This document shows positions 63,570-64,000 of a stretch of 64,000 nucleotides of DNA, piece after piece. This stretch comes from Eledone cirrhosa (Eukaryota). The notes below the pieces were generated by a model. It searched no databases. It was not told the DNA's origin and worked only from the letters and a program-made list of their open reading frames with translations. Where the stretch lies: assembly GCA_964016885.1 (NCBI GenBank), contig OZ024743.1:89590001-89654000 (forward strand), given 5' to 3'. The number at the start of each line of letters is the position of its first letter. The stretch's first letter is position 1. The position numbers were made by a program, and so were the translations under genes.

Positions 63570-64000
63570 ATAACAGGAGGCCGGACTGGTGAAATTCCTT
63601 CAAAGATTTATTTCAGCAAACACTATGTACATTTCAGTGGCCAGGTTACGTAAGATCCTGGTGACATCATCAGGTGTATATTGCATAATAGTTATAAAAT
63701 AAAGGAATAATGGTAAACACAATCCAAGAGGCTATAAGGAGAGAAAGAAGATAAAAATCTGACAACAATTTGCCCTCTTGATCCCCTTCGCGTCAAAAAC
63801 ATTTTTCCCTGACTTTTGTCTTCTTTCTCTCCTTATAGCCTCTTGGATTGTGTTTACCATTATTCCTTTATTATATAACTATTATCCAATATACACCTGA
63901 TGATGTCACCAGGATCTTACGTAACCTGGCCACTGAAATGTACACTGTGTTTGCTGAAATAAATATTTGATGGAATTTCACCAGTCCGGTCTCCTGTTAT
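63570..64000. repeat. At least 190-bp inverted repeat (runs off the window), ~50-bp loop
   Basis: 63570-63759 is the near reverse complement of 63811-64000. Confidence 0.93.
63620..63677 (-). ncRNA. Hammerhead-like motif (mirror copy 63893-63950, + strand)
   Basis: Minus strand ACAC-CTGATGA-...CCAGG..CCTGG...-GAAA-TGTACA-TA-GTGT: 4-bp stem I, palindromic stem III, AATAAA downstream; the base of stem II is mismatched. Confidence 0.55.

Overview
Eukaryotic, AT-rich, repeat-dominated window with no recognisable host protein-coding gene. The SINE types and the (AT)n/(GT)n density look like an octopus/cephalopod genome (my inference). 1-11830 holds two head-to-tail Tx1/L1-clade LINEs with (ATT)n tails. 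Copy A is decayed; copy B looks intact (ORF1 with a CCHC knuckle; 1139-aa APE-RT ORF2). They have nearly identical ORF2/3'UTR but strongly diverged ORF1/5'UTR. At their ORF1-ORF2 junction a GTAAGT...CAG segment would, if spliced, fuse the two ORFs in frame (hypothesis only). Several tandem arrays sit inside transposons: ~113 x 54 bp in the 3'UTR of a third Tx1-like LINE, 57 x 42 bp and ~38 x 36 bp in the coding frame of a dead RTE LINE, and ~11 x 69 bp in a TIR element. The rest is tRNA-type SINEs, Penelope-like fragments with hammerhead-ribozyme motifs, CRE-like LINE ends, a non-autonomous Helitron, MITEs, microsatellites and three large inverted repeats near the right end. Family assignments are from motif recall and by-eye alignment; no database search was run.
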